A DNA stretch of 64,000 bases from Antedon mediterranea (GCF_964355755.1 NC_092679.1:2572201-2636200), one strand, 5' to 3'. Positions 15,120 to 27,876 are shown, counted from the first letter of the stretch. The notes: generated by a model from the sequence alone, not told the origin. Program-made: numbers and translations.

Positions 15120-17951
15120 TCACGCTGGGACTATATCATCGATAGATTCCCCTTTCTCCAGCTTCTTCTCCATTTCAATTAACAATTTGACACCATCGAT
15201 GACCCGCTGGACTTGTTCAACCTCAGATGAACCAAGGCGATCAAGATTTGAAATGTCATATACTCCGCCGATAGATTCTGTAAATTCACCACCTAAAAGA
15301 AAAAAGTTTTTAATTTGTCAATTGATAGAGCGTGTCTAAACTTGAAGTCAGCTTCTGTCTAGGCCTATGGTTATAAAAAGTCAAACTATTATACAATATA
15401 GCCTACCAAGTGGTGGACCGTAGAGATTTCTTTCTCGCATTAGCATAGACCTAACTATGTTTTGTTCCATGCGCTCTGCACAAACGCTTCTAATTTTCAA
15501 GTTCTTCATATAACATTACCAGTGTCTATCAAGAAATACGTAAGTGGCACATGCATTTGAAAGCTCATTATCGCCACGTGCGTCAACTTTACGGGCGTCA
15601 CACTGACAATGTGCATTGTAATCCTATAGATTTGGTAGGCCTACTTACTCGTGCCACGTTTTTGTAAACGTAAACTTGTGCATATTGGTCCGAATCGTGA
15701 GTCCTTAGCCATGTAAGGAAGCTTAGCGTGGACACTACATCTGACACCAGTACCCAAGTTTGATGGACACGTTAGGATGAACCCTAAATGCTCGTTCCAC
15801 ATGAACTCTTTGCCTTCATTTTGGATATGTTTCTCCACCTGACAAACAAAATAGAATTTGAAATCCTTACCATCATAATAATATATATCTAGGCATAATA
15901 CTTTGAAGATCACTACTGTACAACCATGCATTTACAGCGTATTGATGTGTACACTATTGTATACTGTCTGCAGCTTTCCTATACCTCCTCCTTGCAATGC
16001 CGTTTCAATAACCATTGTTATTTCACTAGATATACTACTACTGTTGACATTAACACTTGTTGGCTTCTACAACAAGTAACTTCTGTTTCGTATTATCAAA
16101 ATAGTGAAAAACACATCATGAAAAATGTTTTAAAAATGTTGATTACTAGGCCTACTGTAACTTGATTCAATTCATGTACATACCTCTTTCAAACCTTTGC
16201 AGAAACGTTCAAAGACTGCCTTCATATTGCCTCCCTTTTCCATTGAAATGATTCGTGTATGGTCCTCCTCGTTGATCCAAACCAAGAAATTCTTTTCATC
16301 ATTGTGCCTTGAAAAAAGAAAAAATTGAAGAAGTGATTTATAATATTACACAGTAGACAAATACCGGACTTTCTCGCAGAACTAAAACCTCTTCCCAAAC
16401 CAGACTTTTCCTTTAAGTCCTTGACTGTTACTTTCATCAAAATAATCATCTTGTTATATCGTTATCATATAACATCTCTAGTTTATATATTTTATCTTAC
16501 CATATTCCACGTCCATCTGGGAAGTCACGTGCCATTCCACCACTTGTAAAATGGCGGGAAATTGGCTTTTCAAACAGAAAATGATCGTCAATCAGCTGCT
16601 GTTGGTCTTTTTCCTCCAGAGTTTGAAGTGAATAGTATTTTCCAGTAAGTTCATCTCCGAGCGCACATAACGCTAAACATAAAAACATAATATCAACTAT
16701 AGTGCATGGGGTAACAAACCATTGCATTACGCATGCGCAATTGCTTGCTGACTTTAGTAAGTAAATTCAACGAAGAGTTTATTAAGTTTACTTTCTGGAA
16801 AAAAGAAACCAAAGAAATCGCAGGCCTACCTTCTGAAACAAGTTTTTCAATTTGTCGTCTCTCAGATCGAGCCACATGTGGGGAGAGAGCAAATCCTTTA
16901 ATGTTTCGACCAGTTCGTATACGGGAACTGATAACGTAATCAGCGTCTAAAATATCATCACTCACTTTATCTGGCGTTAAGTCTGTCACGTGATTATCTA
17001 AAAGAAACGCAATTTGTGGATTAGCTATATATTCTGAGCAAATGTTTAGATTTGTTTGGGAATTGAAGTTGATATATTTTGTAGAGTGTCATGAGTCTAA
17101 AAGGTTGTCATGGATGAAGTGAAAAGAATCACTTCCTTCGAGGTTCAATAAAAGTTTTTTTATGTGGAAACACGTAAAGGTATTGAAGAATATGGAGTCT
17201 ACGTGGAAGAGTTTTGTTGTTTTTCGTTAGAAAATATCTTCATTTATTTATTCTGTCTAAAATTATCTTACAATTCTTAACGATAAGGCACAACACGTTA
17301 TACCGTGTCGTGTATTAAAAGTATTTAATATAGACAGACACGTATATGGATGACTTGCAATAGTCAGTTAAACTCTATCTAGTGATAGCTGCAGAATGTA
17401 TGTAACAGAAAGGATAAGTGACTCATGACTTCTTACCAGTTTTCTTGAAGCCATTGTGGTATTCTTCAATAACGGGATCGAATAACTCGGCGAAAACCAA
17501 GTAAGTTTCTTCATCTCCGGCCAAAAGTCCCAAATGAAAATCTATCAAAACAAAAAAAATGATATTAATATAAAAATGTTATGAGGCTACTACTAATGTT
17601 GTCCTAGGCCTAATAAACTTGGCAATCACAAGCACATAATACCGCAATTGTTTTGACATTTCAAGCAGAAACTGGAAAAGTGTATTCTTTAGAAGTTTAG
17701 AAGATGTTTTCCAGAAGTCGTCAATGGAAGAAGATCTGCATGACGTCAGATTCTCAAAAAATTACAAAAGTACCTGAATTGTCGACTCCATTTTGGATTG
17801 CCTTGTCTAAGGTATAACCAGACGGTGTTTCCACATCACGGAGTTTGCAGTATATCTCTTCCGTCAGGTATTTTGATAGAAGACTATGATGTCCCTGAAA
17901 GTTTGGAAAATCCTCCTTGGCATCGAAATTCTTCTGCATTAAATTCGCCAT
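15120..17951 (-). CDS. AK: Echinoderm-type (CK-derived, dimeric) arginine kinase, canonical isoform, 7 coding exons, 369 aa
   Basis: Exons 17774-17951, 17437-17541, 16830-16997, 16501-16672, 16184-16307, 15649-15838 and 15120-15292 are all GT-AG and in phase. Motifs: [43 protein letters not shown]. The short GS loop ([12 protein letters not shown]) and EEYHNGF resemble sea-cucumber AK rather than CK (DNPGHPFI..., RHGGY). Confidence 0.95.
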
Positions 17952-18485
17952 CGTGTTTTAAAATCTGAAAGAATGAACAGAACATTATCATTAAATACAA
18001 TACGTTGTCACGATTAAAAACTAAAATGTCTGGAGAACATACACATTAATGTAAAATTAATGTAACATTGCGAAAGTACCATCACATTAAAACAAAATCT
18101 CATGTATTATTACTTCTTATATTCAATTCACAAATGATGAAAATAAAATAACAAATTAATAGGATACTTCTATCCCCTTATATCTCCCTCGTTTTCAAAA
18201 TGAACGCTTTGCGCATGTCTCTTTAACGAAACCACCTTCATTGTAATCCTATTCCTAGCTAATTTTATAAGAACAGATCTATACCCTAATTAGCATATAT
18301 TATTCTGTCGTAAACTTAAGAGTTTTTGTCGGTTAGACTAAAGTACAGTTCTTTTATATAATTAAAAAGCTTAGCCAAATTAACGACCTGACTGGTAGTG
18401 TTGAAGTTCACAATATCTCTAATAATCCATAAAAAGACTTATATTCACACATTGGAACACACTTCTTACTTCAATTGTATGCAAA

Positions 18486-18836
18486 AGCGAGTGAGTGGCC
18501 GAGCGGTTAAGACAGTGGAACCGTAATTACGTAGCCATAACATCGGCAAGGGTTCGAGGCTCACTCGCTCCATGGTTCTGGTGGTAGAACGAGTCTTCTC
18601 GGATAAGGACTATAAACCGTAGGTCCAGTGTACACATAGCTCATGCGCACTTTAAAGAACCTAGTACATCTTTCGAGACGAGTAGGGGGTTACCCCGGTG
18701 CACTAGTCCACACAAACACAGCCACTGTCACACACAGCCACTGTGCAAATTGGGACTGGACCGTTTTAAAGGTGTTTACCACCTGTTGGTCCAGATCCTT
18801 CACTAACTGAGTTAGTGAGAAGTCGAATAAATAAAT
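18486..18836 (+). mobile_element. tRNA-derived SINE with Deu/Nin-like central domain
   Basis: A box TGGCCGAGCGG and B box GGTTCGAGGC. The body ggactataaaccgtaggtcc...ttaaagaacc...gagtagggggttaccccggtg resembles the DeuSINE core. Ends in an AATA-repeat tail. Head and body are nearly identical to the copy at 45865. Confidence 0.85.
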
Positions 18837-19255
18837 GCGTATGTCAAAAAGACTTTACATGACGCGAAGAAACAGAGAATAGGATAATTAGTATAAAAAT
18901 ATTAATTAAGACACATGGTCAGTAGGCCTAATTAGGACTTGAAGTAATTAAGAATAAGAATCCAAACGTTATTATGACATTAACCTGTGAAGCCAAGTTT
19001 GTTTTGGAAATGTCAAAAGGAAATTTGATAAATAAATTACATTATGTTTTTAGTCGTTTACGAGTATCAAATTTAAAACAATTTTATTATTTATTTAATA
19101 AAAAAATTGGAAGATAGCCCAAGAGAAAACTAATAGGCCAACACAGAATTAAGTGGAAACACTAATTGCGAGAACATTCTATAGTGTCAAATTATGTAAC
19201 GTCATTAGAAATTTAACACAGTAATCAAACATGGAGATCTACTTGATGTTTCTAA

Positions 19256-19490
19256 AGCTCTGTCTACACTGTCAAACTAGTTTGACAACAAATAATAATA
19301 ATAATAAGTTTCAATTTACTATAGCGCAAAATGCAGGACGGCTCTAAGCGCTGAACAATCAACAGAAAAAAGAAGAGCAAAAACTAAAGAAAATGCATAT
19401 TAAAAAGGTGGGATTTCAGGAGTGCGATGTGCCCAAATCATCATGGACTCATCACAATTTTGTCACATAAAGTTTGATAGTGTACACAGA
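19256..19490. mobile_element. MITE family B copy interrupted by an antisense LINE-like 3' end (about 19291-19422)
   Basis: TIRs agctctgtctacac...gtgtacacagag. The insert reads on - as cagcgcttagagc...gcgctatagtaaattgaaac(tta)n, an L2-type tail. Confidence 0.6.
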
Positions 19491-22400
19491 GGAAATACTA
19501 CAAATAATGGACACTCCTAGAAACCACCTTTTACTTTAGGCCTACATAAAGCGAATTGCCTAATATTTGATTAAGTCGAGAGACAAGAGGCGATCTTGTT
19601 TGATCAATAAATTGGCAAGTATGATTACAAAGATAACAATAGACCAACTTAACGGGTTATTGTTAACTTTGACCTGAGATTCAACAACAATATGTCGCAT
19701 AGGCAACAATAACAAAGAAAAGAAACTTAAAACCAAACAAACTGTCCTACGCATGTAAGGAATGGTTAGCTATCTTGAATTTAAACTCGATAATAATATA
19801 GTTAGTTAGTTTTCGTGGTCCGAATCGTCCCTAACCTATGGTCACTATATCCTTATCACATCTTATCATAATTCTGGTTTAATTCATATTAATACAGGTA
19901 CCTGAGAAAGGTACTGCCGTACTAAACTTGGCCACGACTCATGCTTCATTGGGTCATATCGTATAATCATTTCATTATCAAACCATTATCGATTCATGTA
20001 TAGATTGTCGATAAAGTCCTGATCAAAAATTGGAACATGATCATTTTGTTCGAAATACATAACCTAATTTAATTGAATACTGAAATGCTTTATTTGTCCA
20101 TTATCATAAATAAAAACAGAAATTCTTCTTAAAGATTGGCAAATATTAGTACGATAAAAAATAGATATATTATATGTACTTCCCATACACTCTTAAAAAC
20201 ACTTGATAATCGTTTGTATTTATCTAATGAGTCAAAGAAAATATTACATATATACTATACTATATAAAAGTATAAGAGGTCTATAATAGATAGTGTTCTG
20301 GATTTTTTGAATACTATTAATTTGGTCATATTACTTTGAAACCTCATTCAAAATTCAACATACTTATTTTATATTCATTTTGATATAAATTGTGAATACA
20401 TTTTTTTGCAATAGATACATTAACGTACAGTAGTAATTTATGAATAGCAAAGATACGTTGCCAGGATATTTACTCCTTTCATCGAGTTCAAAGATTATAT
20501 TTAATGATTTATATGATTATTATCATAGTGTGTCTGTTGCTCATGTTGTCGAATCCGTGCATTTGATATTCACGCAGGTGTATGTTAAAAGTTCACGTTT
20601 TGATAATACGATTCGCAGATGATGAACACATTTCGTTCTCAAACTGTAGTTAATAAGAATCGTTCGATTTAATTACTATACGACGGTAAAAAGAAATGTT
20701 ATTGAAAAGTACTCAGATAATCTTAATGAAAAAAAACGAGTATTAGAAAGTAAACATTTTCAATTACCAAATGATTTAATTTAGTCTCATTAATTCTGCT
20801 TTCAATGGACGCGAAGAGTAAAACAAATGTTATATGAGCGGTGAGTTGTCTATTGTAAACTACAAGAGTGCCGCACAATTTTGTTATTAATTCATTGCCA
20901 TAATACATCCACCTATCACAACAAGCCAACTAAATAAATTAGATGTGATGAACATACTAATTATATTCGAAGAAGTAAATTGCCAGCTTGAATTCCATTT
21001 AATACGAATGTATATATCTTTTATTATTATAATATGTTTATAGGCTTTTTAAAATTATGAACTAAGTTATTATTTGATTAAAAATGAATAATAAATATGT
21101 ATTAATCAAGTGTCATCAACGATTTTATGCGACGAATTAAGAATTTAAAAATGTTTAATTATTATTTATATTATATTATTATATGTTTAAATATTAATTT
21201 CCTCTTCTATAGGCCTAACTTTAAATAATAATTTTGTGGCAGATGTTTGATACTTCTCTCTAAGTGAATAGTTTTATTTTTGGCTGATTCTTGAGTTACA
21301 TCATTAAATCAAAACAGCGGTATAAGCTAAACGTTCGCGCATATGTAGGCTTATATTTGATATAAGGTTGTTTTAATACAGACCTAAGTAAAATCCACCC
21401 TTGACTTTATTAGACCTATTAGCATTATAGCATTAGGCTTTTGTATGTTCAACTTGACAGAAGTCAGTGATTTAAAAAACTTAAACATTTAATAATTAAT
21501 TCAAAACAAAAAATAATCTTTATTATAGATTTAATGGCGTTGTTCCTCAAAAACGGATCACACGTTGATTCGTCTATAGTCTCGCATTGCTTTTACATTT
21601 GTCTATAATGCTGATACTTGCAACCATGACAACGGGGACGCTATGGGCAATACGATACAATAGGGACTTAAGTTGAGGTCTATGGCAGAGGTTACACAAA
21701 AACAAACTGTGGCCACGGCGACCGGGTAAACTCGAGTACTTGAACGACGATAAGATCAATACTGACTATAGTAACATTATACATTTAGGACATATAAATT
21801 CGATCCACTAGGCCTGCATAAATAATTTAACATTTAAGAAAGATCCTAAACATAAAGTTAAATAAAACATGAGGTGTTGTTAAATGCATACTATCTACAT
21901 AATATAACCGCTCTGCTCGGGAACTCTATATCTCATTTATGTACAGACATGAATTACGTACGTGCATCTGTAGTACTTTGGGTTATGTTGATTAGGCATA
22001 CGTTTTGAATCCAATTACAACGAACATTTCCATCATGAGCAACGTTCTTATACGTCGATTATTAGAAATTAATTACAGGTGTAGTTTAATCAGATACGTA
22101 ATAAAAATAACACATTAAATATTAATGTTGTAACATATAACACGAAACAGAACCGAAAGGACTGTATGTTAATGGTTATTTAAATATATTATGCAAACTG
22201 TAATGGTTGTAAATCAGTTATAGAAATTATAAAAATCTGTATATACATACCGAGCTCGAATTGTCAGATAAAATATAAGTGTAGAGTGCTTATTTCTGGT
22301 AGCCTGATTGTGGATCTGTTCTAGTAGGGGCAGCTACGCAGCTCCGGTGGTGGTGTTAATTTGTAATGTGGGCTCGTAAGTTTATGAGAAGCGTCGACAC

Positions 22401-22924
22401 ACAATTATCATTCCGTGTCTTCTCGTCCAAGCGTACTCTGTACTTACTAGTGCGCCCTCATTAGAAGTTACCGATCGATATCAATCGATATTTTCAGTAA
22501 CATTCTTTTAATCTGATTTGAAGTGTGAAAGTTTATAAATTACAGTAGTGAGACTAGAACCACGATACTGCAAGCGTACAGAATATTAAAGATACATTGT
22601 TGTCATGAATAAATAATTTTAAAACAAATTTGGTTGAATAGGCCATTTTGATTTATATATAGGCCGTATATATACAAATATTTACCTGATAAAAACGTAA
22701 TTCCTGATGGGACGTAGTAATGAGAGTTCAAATATGTATGTCCATAATAGCTGTTCTTAGTAATTATTAGCAAGAAATATATTTAGTGATAGTAAGTTAT
22801 GAAAATAATCTCAAAACTTAATAATAATAATACAAAATGGTAATTACTTTCTTCTTCGTCGTAAGTTCTACGGTAAATATCAACAAATTTATTATTACGG
22901 AACTAGGAGGCTACTACTTTTAAG

Positions 22925-23452
22925 TACAGTGGCAGTGTGAACCGGGGTTACCAGTTAAAGATGTACTAGGTTCTTTAAAGTGCACATGAGTGTACACCGG
23001 ACCTACAGTTTATAGTTCTTATCTGAGAAGACTTGTTCAATCCATGGAGCGAGTGAGACTCGAACCCTTGCCGATGTTGTTGGCTCTTTAGGTACGGTAA
23101 ACGGTTCTCCTGCCTTAACCGCTCGGCCATTTGACTCGCTGTTCAATCCATGGAGCGAGTGAGACTCGAATCCTTGCCGATGTTGTTGGCTCTTTAGGTA
23201 CGGTAAACGGCACCCCTGCCTTAACCGCTCGGCCATTTGACTCGCTGTTCAATCCATGGAGCGAGTGAGACTCGAACCCTTGCCGATGTTGTTGGCTCTT
23301 TAGGTACGGTAAACGGTGCCCCTGCCTTAACCGCTCGGCCATTTGACTCGCTGTTCAATCCATGGAGCGAGTGAGCCTCGAACCCTTGCCGATATTATTA
23401 TTTGCTATGTATTATAGCTCTACTGTCTTAACCGCTCGGCCACTCACTCGCT
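22925..23452 (-). mobile_element. SINE of the same family with a tandemly amplified tRNA head (106-bp unit x3 plus one divergent head)
   Basis: The unit tgttcaatccatggagcgagtgagactcgaa...ccttaaccgctcggccatttgactcgc starts at about 23035, 23141, 23247 and 23353. A partial Deu-like body lies at 22925-23030. Confidence 0.85.
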
Positions 23453-24673
23453 GAATAATTATGATTATCAATATTGATAATGTAATTAATATTATTACTA
23501 TTATAATGATATACGCATACCTTAATCATCATGGGAAATAAGCTTAAATCTACCCCGTCAAGATTGTGTTGTATCACTGCAGAGTTAGGACAAGAAGACG
23601 CGCATTACGTCATCAACCGAAGTAAGCATTACAATTAGCTATCTCATAATAACAATCAATTTTTCTTCAGAGAGCTATTAGATTCTCTGAATAGGTCCCT
23701 TTATACGCTGAAAATCTTCATCTATATGCAAATAATACAAGAAACTAAACGATAAGAACCAAATAATATAATCATTATTAAGGGTAATGTATTTGTGCTT
23801 GGGTTTCTCTGTTTACGTTCCATCGGCAATAGGGCAAGTGTGACGACATGTTTCATATGTTGTTTTTATCAAGTGTGAGTGAAAATGTCACTCAGGCTTA
23901 CGTAAAGTTTGTTTATATGTGTTATAAATGACGTCACAGAATACACGTTCAATCTTCGTATTTTGTAAAGAAATATGAATGTTTTTGTTTTGCTGCACGA
24001 GCAGAATTTCTTCAATTCCTAGGTTTAATTTCTTAGATAAGACCTTTGTATTAAATCAATTAAATAACGGAACAGTTTGAAACTATCGGTATCTGAATTG
24101 ATTGCTGATCGTAAAAAGATCTGATGACGTCATACTATCAAAGCCTCTTTAATTTTTCCTCTTCGTTGCTAACGTAATTATATTTTTTATATATTATGCA
24201 AAGAAGTATAAAGCCCATGAGAGAAGAACTGTAAAAACAAAAGCAATATTGGACTTTTGTTACGAGATAGATAGGTATTCTATTCTATTTATATATTATA
24301 ATATTTTGTTTGATGAGATTACTTTATGCCTGTATCTTGATTATTACGACTTTTCGAAATATATTTTTCAGATTTGAAGACATTTTGAATATTATTTATT
24401 CAATTAGCTATTACTGATGATGCTATACTAAATATCTGAAAATGGATAAAAATGTTATCGAAATTGCATTTTAGCCATCTTTGTAATTAATAATACAATA
24501 TAGGTCACATAATCCAATGCCACGTGACTTGAAATAGAAACATTGATATATAGCTTATAAATAGCATGGTCTGTCATTTTAATTCTCTTCGTCCTGTCAA
24601 ATGAAATGTGAGATGAAAAAGGTCAACTAGACGTGACGTTAGCATTCAAATACATAAATAGAAGTTACGCGTA

Positions 24674-25150
24674 AAGCTTGGTTCCAACGAGCGGACTTTT
24701 ATAGGAGGAATGCAACACAAGGACGTAAACGCGCCGTAAAGCCGCGGTTCCCACTAGAACGCAACTAGACTTATTGACGCAAAGTGCTGTATTGCGTAAT
24801 CACAAGTGGAAACCGACGACGCAATAGTTCTGCAAGCATAGCAGGTTTGATTTCACGCAGGCGGGGAAAACACAATTATTGGAAGGGCATTTTCTTACAT
24901 TGCTTAAGCGTGGTTCCCACTAGAACGCAACGCAACGCAACGCAGTGACGTATCGACGCAAAGTGATGGATTTCGTAATCGCAAGTGGGAACCGACGACG
25001 CAACAGTGCTGTAAAAATCGCAGGTTTGATTTCACGCAGGCGGGGGAAAACACAATGTTTGGAAGGGAATTCTCTTACGTTGCGTCGCTAGTGAGAAGAA
25101 CCAAGCATTAGGTTGCGTTACGTTGCGTCGCTAGTGGGGACGACGCGATG
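24674..25150. mobile_element. Cluster of MITE family A copies (TIR AGCTTGGTTCCCACTAG)
   Basis: Repeated ggttcccactagaacgcaac and gcgtcgctagtggg termini; internal sequence shared with 53218-53411. Confidence 0.75.
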
Positions 25151-25956
25151 GATCATCCTTATAAAATACTCTCAACTGAAAGAGTACCGTACCAAATCTT
25201 ATACAGTACATTAACTGACAACCGCATTTATCATATTTATTACCCATTTGGCGTCCCATATCGTTCTGGAATGGACAGTTGTGTCGTCGTAATTCATCAT
25301 GCATCACGCATAAATGTAATATGTTGTTGTGACGTGTACTAGTTAATATCATAAATACTATACCTGGATTATTATTTAGAACTGAAATATAAAACAATTT
25401 CTCAACAATATGAATAATAAAATGGATAGCATACATTATTTGAGACATTTTGATTTATGTCATTTGTGTGTGTGTAATTATTGAAATGGCAATAAAAACC
25501 AAGTTTTCTCAAGATATTCTACTTTATATAGAGGGCGCTCATCTATACATTAGTAACAATTCATTCAGATGGATTTCGCTCGAGTTTAGAAAACAGTATC
25601 GGTAGATGAATTTAATTTGGTTATTTTAAATATTAGGCTTAATCAGCGGTTTAAAGTGAGTGAACGAGTAAGTGAGTCGTGTTAATCAGGAGTGTGTTAA
25701 TCAAAACTGCAAATAAAGTAGAGTAAATAGATTTAGCTAAATTCTCCACAATGCACCGGCGGTTCAATTATGTGATTTTGTAATTCACAATCACGGCCGT
25801 TCAACACAGAGCAAATAGGATATCGTAGCGGTATGCGAATAGTGGCAGACGGTGTTAATTTTATGAGAAAAAAAACACAATTGCGACTAGGGCTATACCT
25901 AATGAGTAGTCAATTGCGTGTCAGCAGCTAATTGCCGTGTAAAGATGAGCGGTAAA

Positions 25957-26107
25957 TCTTGGTTCCCACTAGCACTCAACACAAGGGCGTAAGCCGCAAC
26001 GCAATTGACCAATCCAAGCGATGGATCATTCGACTTTACTTGTGATTGTTCAATTCGCTTGCGTTGCGGCTTACGTCCCGGCGTTGAGTGCTAGTGGGAA
26101 CCAAGCT
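25957..26107. mobile_element. MITE family A variant (long hairpin)
   Basis: Inverted termini cttggttcccactagcactcaac...gttgagtgctagtgggaaccaagct. Confidence 0.8.
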
Positions 26108-26371
26108 TAACGGTAATGGATGAGTTTCAAAGTTCAAAGTCCGAGCCATATTTCTCCATTTAGTTTATGCCAATTATGCATGTTACGTAATAAATTATTA
26201 ATCCGGTTTTTTGGTCACATAACTTAAGAACTAATAAAGTTTCAAATGCGCATGCTAAAACTACATCAAAAAGACAGCAAATGAAAATAGCTTCGATATT
26301 GGGAACAAATTTATTTTGTATAACAATTTTAGTAAAACAAATGCAGATAATTATATATGATTTCTTTATAA

Positions 26372-26550
26372 AGCTTGGTTCCCACTAGAACGTAACGCAA
26401 GGACGTAAACGCAACGCAAGCGTTTTAACCAATGACAAGCGAAGTTATAGACAGTTAGCAATCAAAAGCGAATAAGCCATCGCTTGTGATTGGTCAATTC
26501 ACTTGCGTTGCGTTACGTCCTTGTGTTGCGTCGCTAGTGGGAACCACGCT
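26372..26550. mobile_element. MITE family A copy
   Basis: agcttggttcccactag...ctagtgggaaccacgct; nearly identical to 26941-27096. Confidence 0.85.
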
Positions 26551-26713
26551 TATGATAACTTATAAATAAGTAGTAGCTTGAAGAAATAACTATATTCTCT
26601 AGAGTTATATTGCTAATCAGAAGATCCGGTGTAGCCGAGTATGTAGAAACTCTCACAACAACCAAAGTAAAAAAAACCTATTATTCAATTGAAGTAATCA
26701 GTTAACCCAATAA

Positions 26714-27235
26714 AGCTTGGTTTCCACTAGCGACGCAACGTAACGCAACGCTACGACGTATTGACGTAAAGCCTATTTTCCTGTAGATGTTATTTGACGC
26801 TATCGTCGTTTAAGAACGATCAAGTTGAAATGGAAACGACATTTTCCTGTAAATCGTTAACATTTCAATGTTTACGTAGAAGATCGCCGATTATTGTTAA
26901 CGATAGCGTCAAATAACGTCGACAGGAAAACAGGCCTTAAAGCTTGGTTCCCACTAGCGACGCAACGCAAGGACGTAACGCAACGAAAGCGTTTTAACCA
27001 ATGACAAGCGAAGTTATAGACAGTTAGCAATCACAAGCGAATAAGCCATCGCTTGTGATTGGTCAATTCACTTGCGTTGCTAGTGGGAACCACGCTTTAG
27101 TGCTGTATTGCGTAACCGACGACGCAACAGTGTATGCTACACACATCGTTTTTATTTCAGGCAGACGGAGGAACACAATTATTGGAAGGGCATTTTCTTA
27201 CGTTGCGTAGGTTGCGTTACGTTGCATCGCTAGCT
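26714..27235. mobile_element. Nested MITEs: a family A element interrupted by two adjacent MITEs (about 26769-26937 and 26941-27096)
   Basis: The outer element breaks at cgtattgacg and resumes at gtgctgtattgcgtaa; these are nearly contiguous in the intact copy at 53218. Each inner element has its own TIRs. Confidence 0.75.
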
Positions 27236-27721
27236 TATCTGCGAATCTTGTTTTATTCATTATTATTATTATTATTATTATTATTGGTTCTACCACAGCA
27301 CATATCCAATGAAGAATAAAAGCAATTTCAGAATATTATTACATTTTTTGTTATGCATAAAACATCTTATTTGTTTTAGTTAACTGCAAAACAAATAAGA
27401 TTATTATTTTTATATAGCTGGGACTGTTAAGGCAATATTTAATTGTTATCATAATAAATACTATTACTATTCAGATAATATCTTGTATTTAGAAGACTGT
27501 AATTGATTTAAGTTCTGCATGAGTGATTCAATTCAAAAGTCTATTCTAAATTTTTACAAACTGTAAATGTAAATAATACGTCATAGTATTACAACTGGAA
27601 AAATAAGAAAAGGGAAGACAAACATTGGTGAAAGACTAGCTACATTGCTACTTTCAAGATATACAAGGAAATACCTAACTAGTTTCTAAAAGTAGCATTT
27701 AACAAAAATGTTTTCTATAGA

Positions 27722-27876
27722 GGCTGGTTCCTACTTGGACGCAGTAAAATGACGTAGGCACAACGCAAGTGAGCTTTACCCAATCACAAGCGACAGTTGG
27801 GATGATCCATAGTGTCGTGATTGGTCAAATTACCGCGGTGCACTTTACGTCATTGCGTTCAAGTGGAAACCAAGTT
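27722..27876. mobile_element. Degenerate MITE related to family A
   Basis: ggctggttcctacttggacgca...tgcgttcaagtggaaaccaagt with internal ccaatcac/gtgattgg. Confidence 0.6.

Noticed and set aside
18486-18570. Possible functional tRNA gene
   Set aside because: It continues into a SINE body that is repeated elsewhere in the window and has no poly-T terminator after the head.
23003-23342. Two duplicated ORFs (MAERLRQG...) and a CRISPR-like periodicity
   Set aside because: These are translations of tandem SINE tRNA heads. The units are contiguous with no unique spacers, there are no cas genes and the context is eukaryotic.
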